Source: Lingula anatina
Lineage: Eukaryota > Animalia > Brachiopoda
DNA length: 64,000 bases
Direction: 5' to 3'
Assembly: GCA_051362555.1 (NCBI GenBank)
Contig: CM120640.1
Coordinates: forward strand, 28,730,503-28,794,502
In this document: positions 1 through 12,561 of the stretch, piece after piece
Layout of the letters: each line of letters starts with the position of its first letter
Position numbering within the stretch: position 1 is the first letter of the stretch
Notes under the pieces: model-generated
Told to the model about the DNA's origin: nothing
Databases searched by the model: none
Seen by the model: the letters and a program-made list of their open reading frames with translations, nothing else
Program-made: the position numbers and the translations under genes

Positions 1-469
1 TTAAACCAATGGATAACAATGAAAGCAAATATAAATGTTATGACAGATAATTCCAACTCAAAGTAACATTAAAGGAAATCTAGGAAACTTTCAAAACGTA
101 CGTAAGATAAAACCCAATCAAGGAAGTTTTCGATAAAAACAATTTATTTGGCTTGTCTTAATTTGGTGTTTATTTACTTTATTTTCGAAGGTTCTTCTGC
201 TGTTTTTTTTAAATTTAATTTTGTTCAATTTTTTAAAACTTTTAAACGTCCAAAGCTGTAGATCTAAATGTCCGCGAGAAGTTTTTGCATATGGCCGTAC
301 GAAAATTTCTTTTGCCGATTTTTCGTAAAATGTATGCCCACATGCATAAAAAACATTTAAGAAGAAAAGTAACTGGCGTGATTTAATTACTCTAACATAT
401 AAAACATCATAAAAATATTATCGTCTTCGATTAAATGAAAATATCTTCCTGAATTTTTTCGATACTCAC

Positions 470-478
470 CTCGCTCAT
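470..478 (-). CDS. Coding part of exon 1 (ATG AGC GAG, M-S-E) of a sixth copy of the tandem six-exon gene; the rest lies left of the window
   Basis: Minus strand ATGAGCGAG|gtgagta, identical to exon 1 of the five full copies. Positions 1-469 match intron 1 of copy A (~13919-14387). Confidence 0.7.
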
Positions 479-486
479 TGAAAAAA

Positions 487-540
487 TGCGCAAATCTGCC
501 GCTTTTGTTGCTAGGCACGCTCTCCAATGTGATTGGCTGA
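487..540 (-). promoter_or_regulatory. Putative promoter of the six-exon gene: CCAAT box and RFX X-box-like motif
   Basis: Minus strand AGCCAATC (plus gattggct 531-538) and GTGCCTAGCAAC (plus 507-518), 30-60 nt upstream of the ATG. The same block precedes every copy. Confidence 0.5.
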
Positions 541-1364
541 AAGTTCGCTGAAACTCGAGCGTTTACGTTTTTCTCCGCCTCCGACATACATGCAATGGAA
601 AAGAGTGACGCAGACGCCTGAAATATTTCACAATATTTGATCGGTTGTCAGGATTCCATATCCCGTAATGAGTGATGGGTGCTAGCAAATATACATTTCA
701 TTACAAAATAGGCACGTTGCCAAAGATGGTATTTTTTTTTCTCAGTCAGAATTCTCTGAAATTCTCGTTTTGTTCGTTCAAATATGGCAATATCCAAGGA
801 ATAATTTACACATGAAATTAAGCTTCTTTCATTATTATTTCAGAACTTCAAAACACAATTTTGAAAGCTACGAGGACTTAAAAGCTATAAATTTGCGTAC
901 TCAGTACGTCTTTGACCTCATAACTACAGTACCAACCCGTAATTTTATTTATTTTTCAAATTTATATGGGATTTGCTTAGCAAAAAGTCATTTTGTAAGT
1001 CGGCATTCTTTTAACAAAAGTGTTTTTTTTTTTTTCATGTACTTTAACTGTGTTTGCTCCATTTTGTTTTACTTCATCTTTGTTGAGGTTTTTTGTTCAG
1101 GAAAGACTCCTTTCACTCTTTTATATATCAGCATAATAAAAAAAAAAAAGCTTTAAAATATCTTGTAACACAGCTTCATGCAGACTTAAAGGGCCTAGCA
1201 ATTAAATCTCTGGTTTTATTTTATCTTAAAATCCTATATAGGCCACTGTAAGGATGGCATGTGTGGTAGGTGGGGGAAACCATTAAGGGAGTATGAGGCT
1301 TTGCTTTCAAGTAGGTCCACCATATTTGAGCCTTGAATCAGTTAGTCCTAGGATCAAACTGTAT

Positions 1365-1640
1365 TGAATGCGGCCCTAGATCTAACACAACATGCTGTGG
1401 GGGAAGCATGCATTGTAAGTGTAGTATTACAAATACTGGTCTTAGATATTGTAGATTTTTGTTGTGTTGTGTATTTATGTGTAGTAAAACCAAATATGAA
1501 AAACAAACGGTGTTCATATGTTTGAAAAACATTGATTTTCAAAAAAGTGCATATAGGAATACAATATTAGAAAACAGAAGTTACCATAGCAATTTGAAGA
1601 AAGAAATGATAAAATGAAAGGTGCACTGATAGGTAAATTT
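1365..1640 (+). pseudogene. TTC1: Highly decayed remnant of TTC1 3' exons; also at ~15770-16045, ~23795-24040 and ~38165-38410
   Basis: gatctaacacaacatgctgtgggggaagcatgcattgtaagt resembles gatccaacacaacatactgcaagggaagcatgtattgtaagt (end of the TPR exon at 11504). gaagaaagaaatgataaaatgaaaggtgcactgataggtaa resembles the RLPQQITERNEKMKDEMI exon. Confidence 0.6.
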
Positions 1641-3823
1641 TTATTTCAGATATTTCAGCACTACAGTACCATGCAGTAAATTTTGAAATACTTTATATGA
1701 AAGCAAAACATTTTAGACTGGTCCTCTGCTCATTGATTTTAATAGCAGTCAACATATTTATTAAAATTTTGATTCTTGTTACATTTGAGTTTTGTATTAA
1801 TCATCTCATTTTTGAGAATTTGGTTTTATTGACAGAATTGGCAGCTCTAGCATGGATTTTTAAAAATATCAATTAAGGGTGTTCTTTAAATATTTCCTGC
1901 CAAAATAAATTCTGGATGCCAAAATCTGATATCTGTCTACAAAGGAGAGTGGTGATTTGTGCTCAATAGGTGCTGTTGGTGAGAGCAAATCGGATTGCAA
2001 GTAAATTGATAAGAAAAGCACCATTTTTACTTTTTGTTTTCAGCAAGCAGAGGAGAATAGACATCTATTTTCTTAAGATGAAGAAATGCAGATTGTCCTT
2101 AGAGCAGGGGTTTCTGCAGGATTTGCATCACAGTAGGTCAACATTCCAAAACGTTGATCTGTAATTTGGTAATTTGGTCACCAATTTACAAGAAATTCAA
2201 CTACAAATATACTGTCATTTCTAAATATTTCATAAGCCATCCAGCCTTTTTTTTTTTTTTTTTTTTTTGAAAAACATAGGTTGTCTATTGTATTAAATGA
2301 ACACTGGATGGCTATCTGGGAAAAGTCTTGCCTTAGAGTCAATTTGATCTTTTTATATCTTGTAACACAGCATAAGATTTTTATATCTTGTAACACACTA
2401 TAAGATAACAATATGTGGCCTCTTTCAGTCTCTTTAAATATAAAAATGTAGTGATTGTAGGCCATCGCCGTCGTCGCCGTCGCTGTGCACTCAGCGATAA
2501 CACGATAAGTGGAATACCGTTTTACATTTTGTATTCAAATTTACAGAACTGATGAATATTCATAATACGCAGGTCAAGTTCAAAAATCAGCATGATCGGG
2601 CCATTTTTAGGGAAGTTATGCTGTTTTTTCACTTTTTTTAGCATTATTATAACACCGATAACACGATAAGTGAAAAACATTCTTACTTTTTGGCTTGAAA
2701 CTTATAAAGCTGATGAATATTCATAATATGTAGGTCAAGTTCGAAAATCAGAGTTATCGGGTCAATTTTATGGAAGTAATGCTGTTTTTTCACTTTTTTC
2801 AGCATATATGCAACACTGATAACACAATAAGTGAAAAAACGTTTTACCTTTTGGCTTGAAACTTACAGAATTGATGAATATTTATAATACGCAGGTCAAA
2901 TTTGAAAATCAGCATGATCGGGCCATTTTAAGGGAAGTTATGCTGTTTTTTCACTTTTTTCAGCATATATGCAGCACTGATAACACAATATAAGATTAAC
3001 AGATGGGCAAATTGTCATTATACTCACAGGACTGGTCAATGTTACTAAAACGTAGGATCAGAGTTATCGGGTCAATTTTATGGAAGTAATGCTGTTTTTT
3101 CACTTTTTTCAGCATATATGCAACACTGATAACACAATAAGTGAAAAAACGTTTTACCTTTTGGCTTGAAACTTACAGAATTGATGAATATTTATAATAC
3201 GCAGGTCAAATTTGAAAATCAGCATGATCGGGCCATTTTAAGGGAAGTTATGCTGTTTTTTCACTTTTTTCAGCATATATGCAGCACTGATAACACAATA
3301 TAAGATTAACAGATGGGCAAATTGTCATTATACTCACAGGACTGGTCAATCTTACTAAAACGTAGGATGAGTTGGAAAAGCAGCATAATCGTGCCATTAT
3401 TTTAGATGTTATGCTGTTTTTCACATTTCCTCAGATTCAATTCTTAAGCATGTTAACAGTCTCATTATTGAACTAATAAGATACGTAAAAGTGTTTGTTT
3501 GACATTTCCTGCATCTTTATAACATTGTTAGTTGATTATGTAAAAATGATGGTAAACTTGTTATTGTGTATTATGTTATAAAGTGTCAAAAATGGAAATA
3601 AACTCATATCATTGCAGTTTGTCAGATTCAATCATCTACTATCTTCAGAATCTCAGAATGGAGGAAATTGGACATTTAACACTGTTCTATTGATATTTTC
3701 CCATCTCATCAATTTTCTTAGTTGATCATATTAAAATGTCAGTAAGCAGTTTATTTTGGGTTTTTTTTTTCCACTTTTTTTAGCATTTTTATAACACCTA
3801 TAACATAATAAGTGAAAAACATT

Positions 3824-6717
3824 TTTATGTACAGACACAGATGTGTCTGTACATATAGCCATCACCTGCGTCTGTCGTCGCCGTCGCTGTCGCCGTCGCT
3901 GTGCACTTTTACCGATAACATGATAAGTGGAAAACTGTTTTTCATTTCAGCTTGAAACTTACAGAATTGATAAATATTTATAATACGCATGTCAAGTTCG
4001 AAAATCAGCATGATCGGGTCACTTGTAGGGAAGTTATGCTGTTTTTTCACTTTTTTCAGCATATATGCAGCACCGATAACACAATAAATGGAAAACCATT
4101 TTACTTTTTGGCTTGAAACTTACAAAACTGATGAATATTCATAATACGCAGGTCAAGTTCGAAAATCAGCATGATCGGGCCATATTTGTGGAAGTTATGC
4201 TATTTTTTCATTTTTTTCAGCATAAATGCAACACCGATAACACAATAAGTGAAAAACCGTTTTACCTTTTGGCTTGAAACTTACAGAACCGATGAATATT
4301 TATAATACGCAGGTCAAGTTCGAAAATCAGCATGATCGGGCCATATTTGTGGAAGTTATGCTATTTTTTCATTTTTTTTCAGCATTAATGCAACAACGAT
4401 AACACTATAAGTGAAAAACCGTTTTACCTTTTGGCTTGAAACTTACAGAACTGATGAATATTCTTAATACGCAGGTCAAGTTCGAAAATCAGGCTGATCG
4501 GGCTATTTTTATGGAAGTTATGCTGTTTTTTCACTATTTCAGCATATGTGCAACACCGATAACACATTTCAAGGAAAATCAATTGGCCAATCGTCTTTAA
4601 ATTCACAGGGGTGATCAGATTTACTAAAATACAGATGAGGTTCGAAAATAAGCTTGATCGGTTCAGTTTTGAGAATTGTGCCTTTTTTTGTATATAAGTC
4701 TTTTTTCCTCGGATTTAATTCTTAGGCATGTTAACAATCTCATTTGTGAACTAATTAGTAATGTAAAGGTGTTCTTTTGACATTTTCTGCATCTTAACAA
4801 TATTGTTAGTTGATTATATAAAAATGATGGTAAACCTGTTATTGTGCATTGTGTAATAAAGTGTCAAAAATGGAAATAAACTCATATCTTTACAGTTTGT
4901 CAGATTCAATCATTCACCATGTTCAGAATCTCAGAATGGAACAAATTGGACATTTAAAATTGTTCTATTGATATTTTTCCTATGTCAACAACTTTCTTAG
5001 TTGATCATTTAAAAACGACAGTAAATTGATTATTTTGATATATGTAAAAAAAGTGTTGAAAGTGGAAAGAAATTCATTTCAGTACAGTTATCTCTTGTGT
5101 ACATTTTGGCATTTTGAAGTTGTGACTCTGAACTTCCATGGCCCTGAAGACCTTTCCATATCAAATTTTCTGAATATCCATGATACTTTTATTTTATTAT
5201 TAAAAATTGATGGTCATTATGCTGTTAAGCATTATGTAATATTGCATCAAAATTGAAGACAACCCCATTTTAGACAATGCCTCCACAGTGACCATTAAAG
5301 GAAAACCAAGTCACTTACTCTTCTCAAACTTACAGAAATGTAGCATAGCACTTAATTATAGCTTCAGTTGGAAAACCTGTTATATCGGTTAACTTTCTTG
5401 GAAATTATATAGTTTTTTGTTACAATTAAAATTTTCACATATGGACATTTTCAAGGTGTGACTTAGTCTTTGAACTTCCATTGGCTTGAATACCATTGCT
5501 AGTCACATCTTTTGAATAGCTATGATACATTTACTTTATTATTAAAAATTGATGGCCATTGTGCTGTTAAGCATTATGTTAAATTGCGTAAAAGATGAAA
5601 AAAAAACTTTTTTGGACATCGCTGCTGGGATGACCATTAAGGAAAAACCATTTTACTTATGATATTCTAACTTACTGAAAAGTTTCATAGGACTGAAGTG
5701 TAGCTTGTGTTGGTAATCAGTGTGATTGTTTTCTGTTTTAGAAGTAATGCAGCTCTATGGAGTGCTATATGGGGCTACTGTTTATGGATGGTGGTAATTG
5801 TCCTTTGGGATAATCACTAGCTAAATTCAGAGCTATAAAATTACTTGCCTAATTGATTTTCAAGTGCCCATTAAATAAGATTACATAAAACACACGTTGA
5901 GATTTCCCATTCAAGTCCTATAGGTTAAGCTCTCTTAACTGTGTCACATAATTAGGAATTGGTGATAATTATGCAGGTAAATGTTTAATATTGCAAATAA
6001 GTTTACAAAAGAAAAAAAAAATTGTGTAATGCCAACATTAATGCTATAGATGAATAACAGTGCCTTATTATCCTCAAACACATTGGGATTATTAATATCA
6101 TGTTAATACAGCAAGATTAAAAGTTTGAATAGCAGCTTTATTGGAATTTTTTTTTTTTTTTTTTTTTTGTGTTTTCTTTTTAATTTTTTTCTAAACACTG
6201 GCATTTTCAACTCCCATCCACCTGAAGCTCTTCAGATTTTCTGTATTTCCACATAAGCAGTTGCATAGGTTTTTATGTCTTTAAACATTATGTAATATTA
6301 TTTTATGCACTGTCAACATTTTTCAAATATTGGGATTTTCATTATGTGAATTTGAACTCTCATAGTCCAGAAACTGTAATCTTATTGCAGGGGTGGATTG
6401 AGGCCGTCTTCTGGGTCTTTCAGATGACGGTCAGATTTTAAAGTTTACATTGACTGGTATCAATTTTTTTCTGTTGGAAGACCATCAAAAGTGGAGGATG
6501 GATCAACAAAGATACTTTGGAATACTGTCAGAAAATATCTCTGGATCTGCTCCTGTTATTGACCATGTTACCTGTTGTGCATGATTAAAAATCAGTGTTA
6601 ATTGACTGTGTTATTATAAGCATTATTTATTATTGCATCAAAATTAACAGAATGACCTATTTTGCATCTTTATTATCTGTTTTTTGTCTGTACATTTGAC
6701 AGCTTTGCTGCCTTGTT
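3824..6717 (+). mobile_element. Full-length HINE-type element nested inside the previous one
   Basis: 5' end tttatgtacagacacagatgtgtctgtaca (subTIR/IR hairpin), microsatellite, ~161-bp repeats, 3' end tgtctgtacatttgacagctttgctgccttgtt. The empty site aaaacatttttactttttggc is at ~7552-7572; T-run target, no TSD. Confidence 0.75.
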
Positions 6718-8250
6718 ACTTTTTGGCTTCAAACTTATAGAACTGATGAATGTTCATAAATTGCAGGTCAAGTTTGAAAATCAGCATTATCGGGTCAATT
6801 TTATGGAAGCTAAGAACTTCCACTTCTAAGACCTTTTCACTTTTTTTCAGCATATATGCAGCACTGATAACACAATAAGTGAAAAAACGTTTTACCTTTT
6901 GGCTTGAAACTTACAGAACTGATGAATATTTATAATACGCAGGTCGAGTTCGAAAATCAGCATGATCGGGCCATTTTAAGGGAAGTTATGCTGTTTTTTC
7001 ACTTTTTCAGCATATATGCAGCACTGAGAACACAATATAAGATTAACAGATGGGCAAATTGTCATTATACTCACAGGACTGGTCAATCTTATTAAAAGGT
7101 AGGATGAGTTCGAAAATCAGCATAATCGGGCCATTATTTTAGAAGTTATGCTGTTTTATCACATTTCCTCAGATTCAATTCTTAAGCATGTTAACAGTCT
7201 CATTATTGAACTAATAAGATACGTAAAAGTGTTTGTTTGACATTTCCTGCATCTTTATAACATTGTTAGTTGATTATGTAAAAATGATGGTAAACTTGTT
7301 ATTGTGTATTATGTTATAAAGTGTCAAAAATGGAAATAAACTCATATCATTGCAGTTTGTCAGATTCAATCATCTACTATCTTCAGAATCTCAGAATGGA
7401 GGAAATTGGACATTTAACACTGTTCTATTGATATTTTCCCATCTCATCAATTTTCTTAGTTGATCATATTAAAATGTCAGTAAGCAGTTTATTTTGGGTT
7501 TTTTTTTCACTTTTTTTAGCATTTTTATAACACCTATAACATAATAAGTGAAAAACATTTTTACTTTTTGGCTTCAAACTTATAGAACTGATGAATGTTC
7601 ATAAATCGCAGGTCAAGTTTGAAAATCAGCATTATCGGGTCAATTTTATGGAAGCTAAGAACTTCCACTTCTAAGAACTTTTCACTTTTTTTCAGCATAT
7701 ATGCAGCACTGATAACACAATAAGTGAAAAAACGTTTTACCTTTTGGCTTGAAACTTACAGAACTGATGAATATTTATAATACGCAGGTCGAGTTCGAAA
7801 ATCAGCATGATCGGGCCATTTTAAGGGAAGTTATGCTGTTTTTTCACTTTTTCAGCATATATGCAGCACTGATAACACAATATAAGATTAACAGATGGGC
7901 CAATTGTCATTATACTCACAGGACTGGTCAATCTTATTAAAAGGTAGGATGAGTTCGAAAATCAGCATAATCGGGCCATTATTTTAGAAGTTATGCTGTT
8001 TTATCACATTTCCTCAGATTCAATTCTTAAGCATGTTAACAGTCTCATTATTGAACTAATAAGATACGTAAAAGTGTTTGTTTGACATTTCCTGCATCTT
8101 TATAACATTGTTAGTTGATTATGTAAAAATGATGATAAACTTGTTATTGTGTATTATGTTATAAAGTGTCAAAAATGGAAATAAACTCATATCATTGCAG
8201 TTTGTCAGATTCAATCATCTACTATCTTCAGAATCTCAGAATGGAGGAAA
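6718..8250 (+). repeat. ~845-bp near-identical tandem duplication inside the HINE
   Basis: 6718-7562 repeats from 7563. The equivalent ORFs at 6904 and 7749 are offset by 845 bp. Confidence 0.8.
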
Positions 8251-10562
8251 CTGGACATTTAAAATTGTTCTATTGATATTTTTCCTATGTCAACAATTTT
8301 CTTAGTTGTTCATTTAAAAATGACAGTAAATTGATTATTTTGTTATATGAAAAAAAGGTGTTGAAAATAGAAAGAAAATCAATTCAATACAGTTATCTCT
8401 TGTATACATTTTGGCATTTTGAAAGTGTGACTCTGAACTTCCATGGCCTTGAAGACCTTTCCATGGCACATTTTCTGTATATCCATGATACTTTTATTTT
8501 ATTATTAAAAATTGATGGTCATTATGTTATATTGCATAAAAGTTGAAGAAAACCCTATTTTGGAAATGGCTGCCGTAATGACCATTAAGGAAAAACCATG
8601 TTACTTATGATACTCAAAGTTACTGAAAAGTTTCGTAAGACTGACGTGCAGTTTGTGTTGGAAAATCAGTGTGATTGTTTTCTGTTTTGGAAGCAATGCA
8701 GCTCTATAGAGTGCTATATGGGGCTACTGTTTATGGATGGTGGTAATTGTCCCTTGGGGTAGTCACAAGCTAAATTCAGAGCTATTAAATCATTTGCCTA
8801 ATTAATTTCCAAGTGCCCATTAAATAAGATTACATAAAACACACGTTGAGATTTCCCAGTAAAGTCCCATAGGTTAAAGGGATAATAACTCTTCGTTTTG
8901 GCCAAAAAATGAATTTTCCTGGAGTAAACAACAATTTTCCCATACTTACCAATGGTTAATGAATCCATTTTTACATTCAAATTTAGTCCTTGGTTTTTTT
9001 CTAAAAAGTTTGGTTTTTTGTTAAAATCTCTTAAGAGATTATAACAGAGTATAGCCATCAATGGAGGTCACGTGTTCTTAAGACAAGCTCAGATATCAGA
9101 ATAATAGCTATAACTGCTGTTTTCGTCATAAAACAGAATATATTATATTTCTATGAGTTATTTACAATGTTTTTATTGTGAAATATAGATTTCATACGAA
9201 GAGTTATTATCCCTTTAAGCTCTCTTAACTGTGTTACATAATTAGGAATCTGTGATAATTATGCAGGTAAATGTTGTTTAATATTGCAAATAAGTTAACA
9301 AAAGAAAAAATAATTTGAATAACAGTGCCTTATTATCCTCAAACACATTGGGGTTATTCATATCATGTTATTACAGCAAGATTAAAAGTTTGAATAGCAG
9401 CTTTAATGGGATATTTTTGTTTTGTTTTCTTTTTAATTTATTTTTCAAACATTTCAAGCATTTTCAGCTCCCATCCACCTGAAGCTCTTCACATTTTCTG
9501 TATTTCCACATAAGCAGTTGCATTGGTTTTTATGTCTTTAAACATTATGTAATATTATTTTTTGCACTGTCATCATTATTCAAATATTGGGATTTTCATT
9601 ATGTGAATTTGGTCCTGAAACTGTAATCTTATTGCAGGGGCAGATTGAGACCGTCTTCTGGGTCTTTCAGATTTTAAAGTTCACATTGATGGGTATCTGT
9701 TTTTTCTGTTGGAAGACCATCAAAAATGTAGGATGGATCAACAAAGATAATTTGGAATACTGTCAGAAAATATCCCTGGATCCGCTCCTGTTATTGACGA
9801 TGTCACCTGTTGTGCATGATTAAAATTCAGTGTTGATTGACAGTGCTATTGTAGGCATGATTTATCATTGCATTAAAATTGACAAAATGAACCATTTTCT
9901 GCATTTTTATTTTCTGTTTTTGTCTGTACATTTGACAGCTTTGCTGCCTTGTTTTTTTTTTTTTTTTTTTTTGTTTTTTTTTTTAAACATAGGTTGTCTA
10001 TTGTACTAAATGAACACTGGATGGCTATCTGGGAAAAGTCTTGCCTTAGAGTCAATTTGATCTTTTTAAGTCTTGTAACACAGCTTCAGGTATAAGATAA
10101 CAATATGTGGCCTCTTTCAGTCTCTATAAATATCAAAATGTAGTGATTGTAGCTTGGATAAATGATTGACTGTTACAAGTAAATTAATGAATGCAATTTT
10201 TTACATGCTTTCTTTTATTTAAAATATAAATTATATATATGAAATATGTATGATTTGAGGAGAATTGACATCAGTATTATAAGTAATACAAATTCAGCAA
10301 TTTATGTTGTAAAAAAAGAAATAATACTTTAATGTTGTATATACTTTACGTACTATATATATGTATGCTATTCTATTTACATATGTACAAATATTATGAA
10401 ACAAAATTACATGTTTATTATGTACAATTTGTACAAGCTCTTTCTGGAATGCTAATAAATTCCCTTCAAAACTGCAGTGAATGGATGCATATACATGTAC
10501 ATGGCTATTTGTTTATGCACAATGTCCAAGTGATTTTTCTCATACAGTTGTGAACAGTCATT

Positions 10563-10958
10563 TCAGTATTTGACTAGCTGTCGCAGCTTGGTCATCATCC
10601 AAAACTTAAATTTCTTCATCCTGCTAAGGCTATAAGGATGGGTGTCTTCCTGGGCTTGGACACTATATACAGTGTATCAAGGAAAAAGTTTATATGTAAA
10701 ATGGGGCACATATTTTCTCTGTAAAGAATTTTATTAAGACATATTTATAGATCGTGATTATAATGCAAATGTCAAATTGAGTACATTTCACTTGGGATGA
10801 TTATAAAACCATCTAACTCACTTGTTACAACTTACTTTACTTTCAAATCTGCCATCACCCAATTGAAAATAATTTAATTGTTTTATAAAATTTGAACACA
10901 ATACCTTAATTCTCCCTCAGTAGATGGACCTAATTTTTCATCATCATCATCATCAAGA
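10563..10958 (-). pseudogene. Broken duplicate of exons 5/6 of the six-exon gene (exon 5' acceptor deleted)
   Basis: Same exon 5'/6' sequence as 27711-28092, with the same +4 and +8 insertions. The 5' end of exon 5' is deleted and fused to TTC1 intron sequence at ~10960. Confidence 0.65.
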
Positions 10959-10982
10959 TTAATTTATTTTTTCTCATTCTAG

Positions 10983-11092
10983 GAAAGTTAAAAGGACTGG
11001 GGAACATGGTACTAAAGCCCTTAAAATGGCATGTCTACTGACAATTTCAAATCACAGCAAGATCCAAATACAGGACCATATTCTGTGCAGTA
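10983..11092 (+). pseudogene. TTC1: Frameshifted duplicate of the TTC1 last exon; other copies at 17749-17877, 28210-28320 and 57292-57420
   Basis: [13 protein letters not shown]...QQDPNTG-type sequence. All four copies share a 4-bp insertion (ccctt[aaaa/caaa]tgg versus intact ccctttgg). Confidence 0.75.
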
Positions 11093-11318
11093 AGTTCTTG
11101 AGTTATTATTATTATTATTGAAGTGTAGCAATTTCAATTGATGAATGATTTCCCTAGATTGGTTCACTATTTAAAATATATAATTTAAACAACATTTTAT
11201 GACAAAGGCTGTGATAATTTTTCTTTGTTTAAAGGTTGTGTTCAATTTGGCATGCATTGATACAAGGTATATATTAAGGGTGTTTTCTTTGAGGCATTTG
11301 AAAAAAATCTCTTTTCAG

Positions 11319-12071
11319 AAACAGTACAAAAAGGCTATTGAAGACTGTACCAAAGCACTAGAACTTAATCCTAATTATCTCAAAGCACTTTTAAGGAGGG
11401 CAGAAACGTATGAAAAGACTGAAAAATTAGATGAGGCATTAGAGGATTACAAAAAAGTAATTGAAATGGATCCAACACAACATACTGCAAGGGAAGCATG
11501 TATTGTAAGTCTGGTATCATAAAAACAGTCTCAAATACTTTAGATTTGTGTTACATGGTTTTCTGTAATGTGTCAATGTGTAGTAAGTGAAATATAAAAA
11601 TGGTGTTCGTATATGTTTAAAAGCATTGCAAATTTGCAATAGAAAAAATGCTAATAGTACTAAATGTAACAGTGCAATATTCACTTAAATTTAAAGATAT
11701 TAAAATAATTACAAGTCAGCATATTGTTTTTATTCATAAGAGAACTTATCAGTGAACTTTTGAATCTGATTGAATCTGTGTTTATTTTCATCTCTTCAGC
11801 GATTGCCACAGCAAATTACAGAAAGAAATGAGAAAATGAAAGATGAAATGATAGGTAATTTATATCTTTCAGTCCTACATTTTGAAATATTTTACATTAA
11901 AGCAAAATCTTTTAGACTGGTCTTCTGCTCTTTGATTTCAATAAAAATCAACATATTTATTAAAAATTTGATTCTTGAAACATTTGAGTTTTGTATTCAT
12001 CTTATTATTCAGAGCAAAAGTGGAAGTATTTATATTTTCTCATTCTAGGAAAGTTAAAAGAACTGGGGAAT
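11319..12071 (+). pseudogene. TTC1: TTC1 3' fragment: exons 11319-11504, 11800-11854 and a last exon from 12049 truncated by a ~640-bp deletion
   Basis: Spliced translation KQYKKAIEDCTKALELNPNYLKALLRRAETYEKTEKLDEALEDYKKVIEMDPTQHTAREACI/RLPQQITERNEKMKDEMI/GKLKELG matches the tetratricopeptide repeat protein 1 C-terminus. AG/GT borders are present; no 5' exons in the unit. Confidence 0.85.
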
Positions 12072-12561
12072 TCTTTTTATATCTGTTCGAGTTAAAGAAA
12101 ACAATTTATGGCCTCATTCACAGTCTCATTTGAGTTGGTTGTAGTTCTCTTGAATAAAAGACTGATTGCAATAATAAAATAATCCAATTTATTGTCTTTA
12201 TGTGATTTCTTTATTATAAATAAAATTATATATATAAATGATATGTACATAACTTTTGACATAAATATTATAAATGTGTACAAATTAAGCAACTGATGCT
12301 GCAAAACAATAATAATGAACAACTTTTTATATATATTTACCATGGTATTCTATTTAACATATGTACAAACATGAAACAAAATTTCATGTTTACTATATAC
12401 AACGTGAACAAGTAAAAGCTCTCAAGATTGTTCATAATGTCCATTGTAGTTAATGGGTGCATATACATGGGTGGCGTTTCATGTATGCACAGTGTTTAAG
12501 TTATTTTTTTCATTCAGTTTTTATGAAAAAAAAAAAAAAAAGAAAAGGAAGAACAGTCAGT

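Larger units (their letters stand above)
2461..9953 (+). mobile_element. 5'-truncated non-autonomous Helentron-associated (HINE/DINE-1-like) element with ~161-bp central tandem repeats; contains a nested copy and internal duplications
   Basis: Starts in the (GTC/GCC)n microsatellite, followed by ~161-bp monomers (gataacac...gaaacttacagaactgatgaatattcataatacgcaggtcaagttcgaaaatcagcatgatcggg...). Ends tgtctgtacatttgacagctttgctgccttgtt (subTIR plus short hairpin) into a T-run. Confidence 0.7.

Noticed and set aside
387-587. Recurrent 66-aa ORF MSEAEKNVNARVSANFQ... (also at 14305, 22839, 32500)
   Set aside because: It runs across the promoter, exon 1 and intron 1 of the spliced gene. It recurs only because of the duplication, is frameshifted in copy D and is absent in copy E.
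1333-1617. Cys-rich ORF MNQLVLGSNCIECGPRSNTTCCGGSMHCKC... resembling a metallothionein or toxin
   Set aside because: Off-frame reading of decayed TTC1 exon and intron sequence, with a non-ATG start and variable length and frame among units.
2490-4600. Regular ~161-bp repeats as a possible CRISPR array or coding repeat
   Set aside because: Whole monomers repeat with no unique spacers, there are no cas genes, and the context is eukaryotic. These are HINE central repeats.
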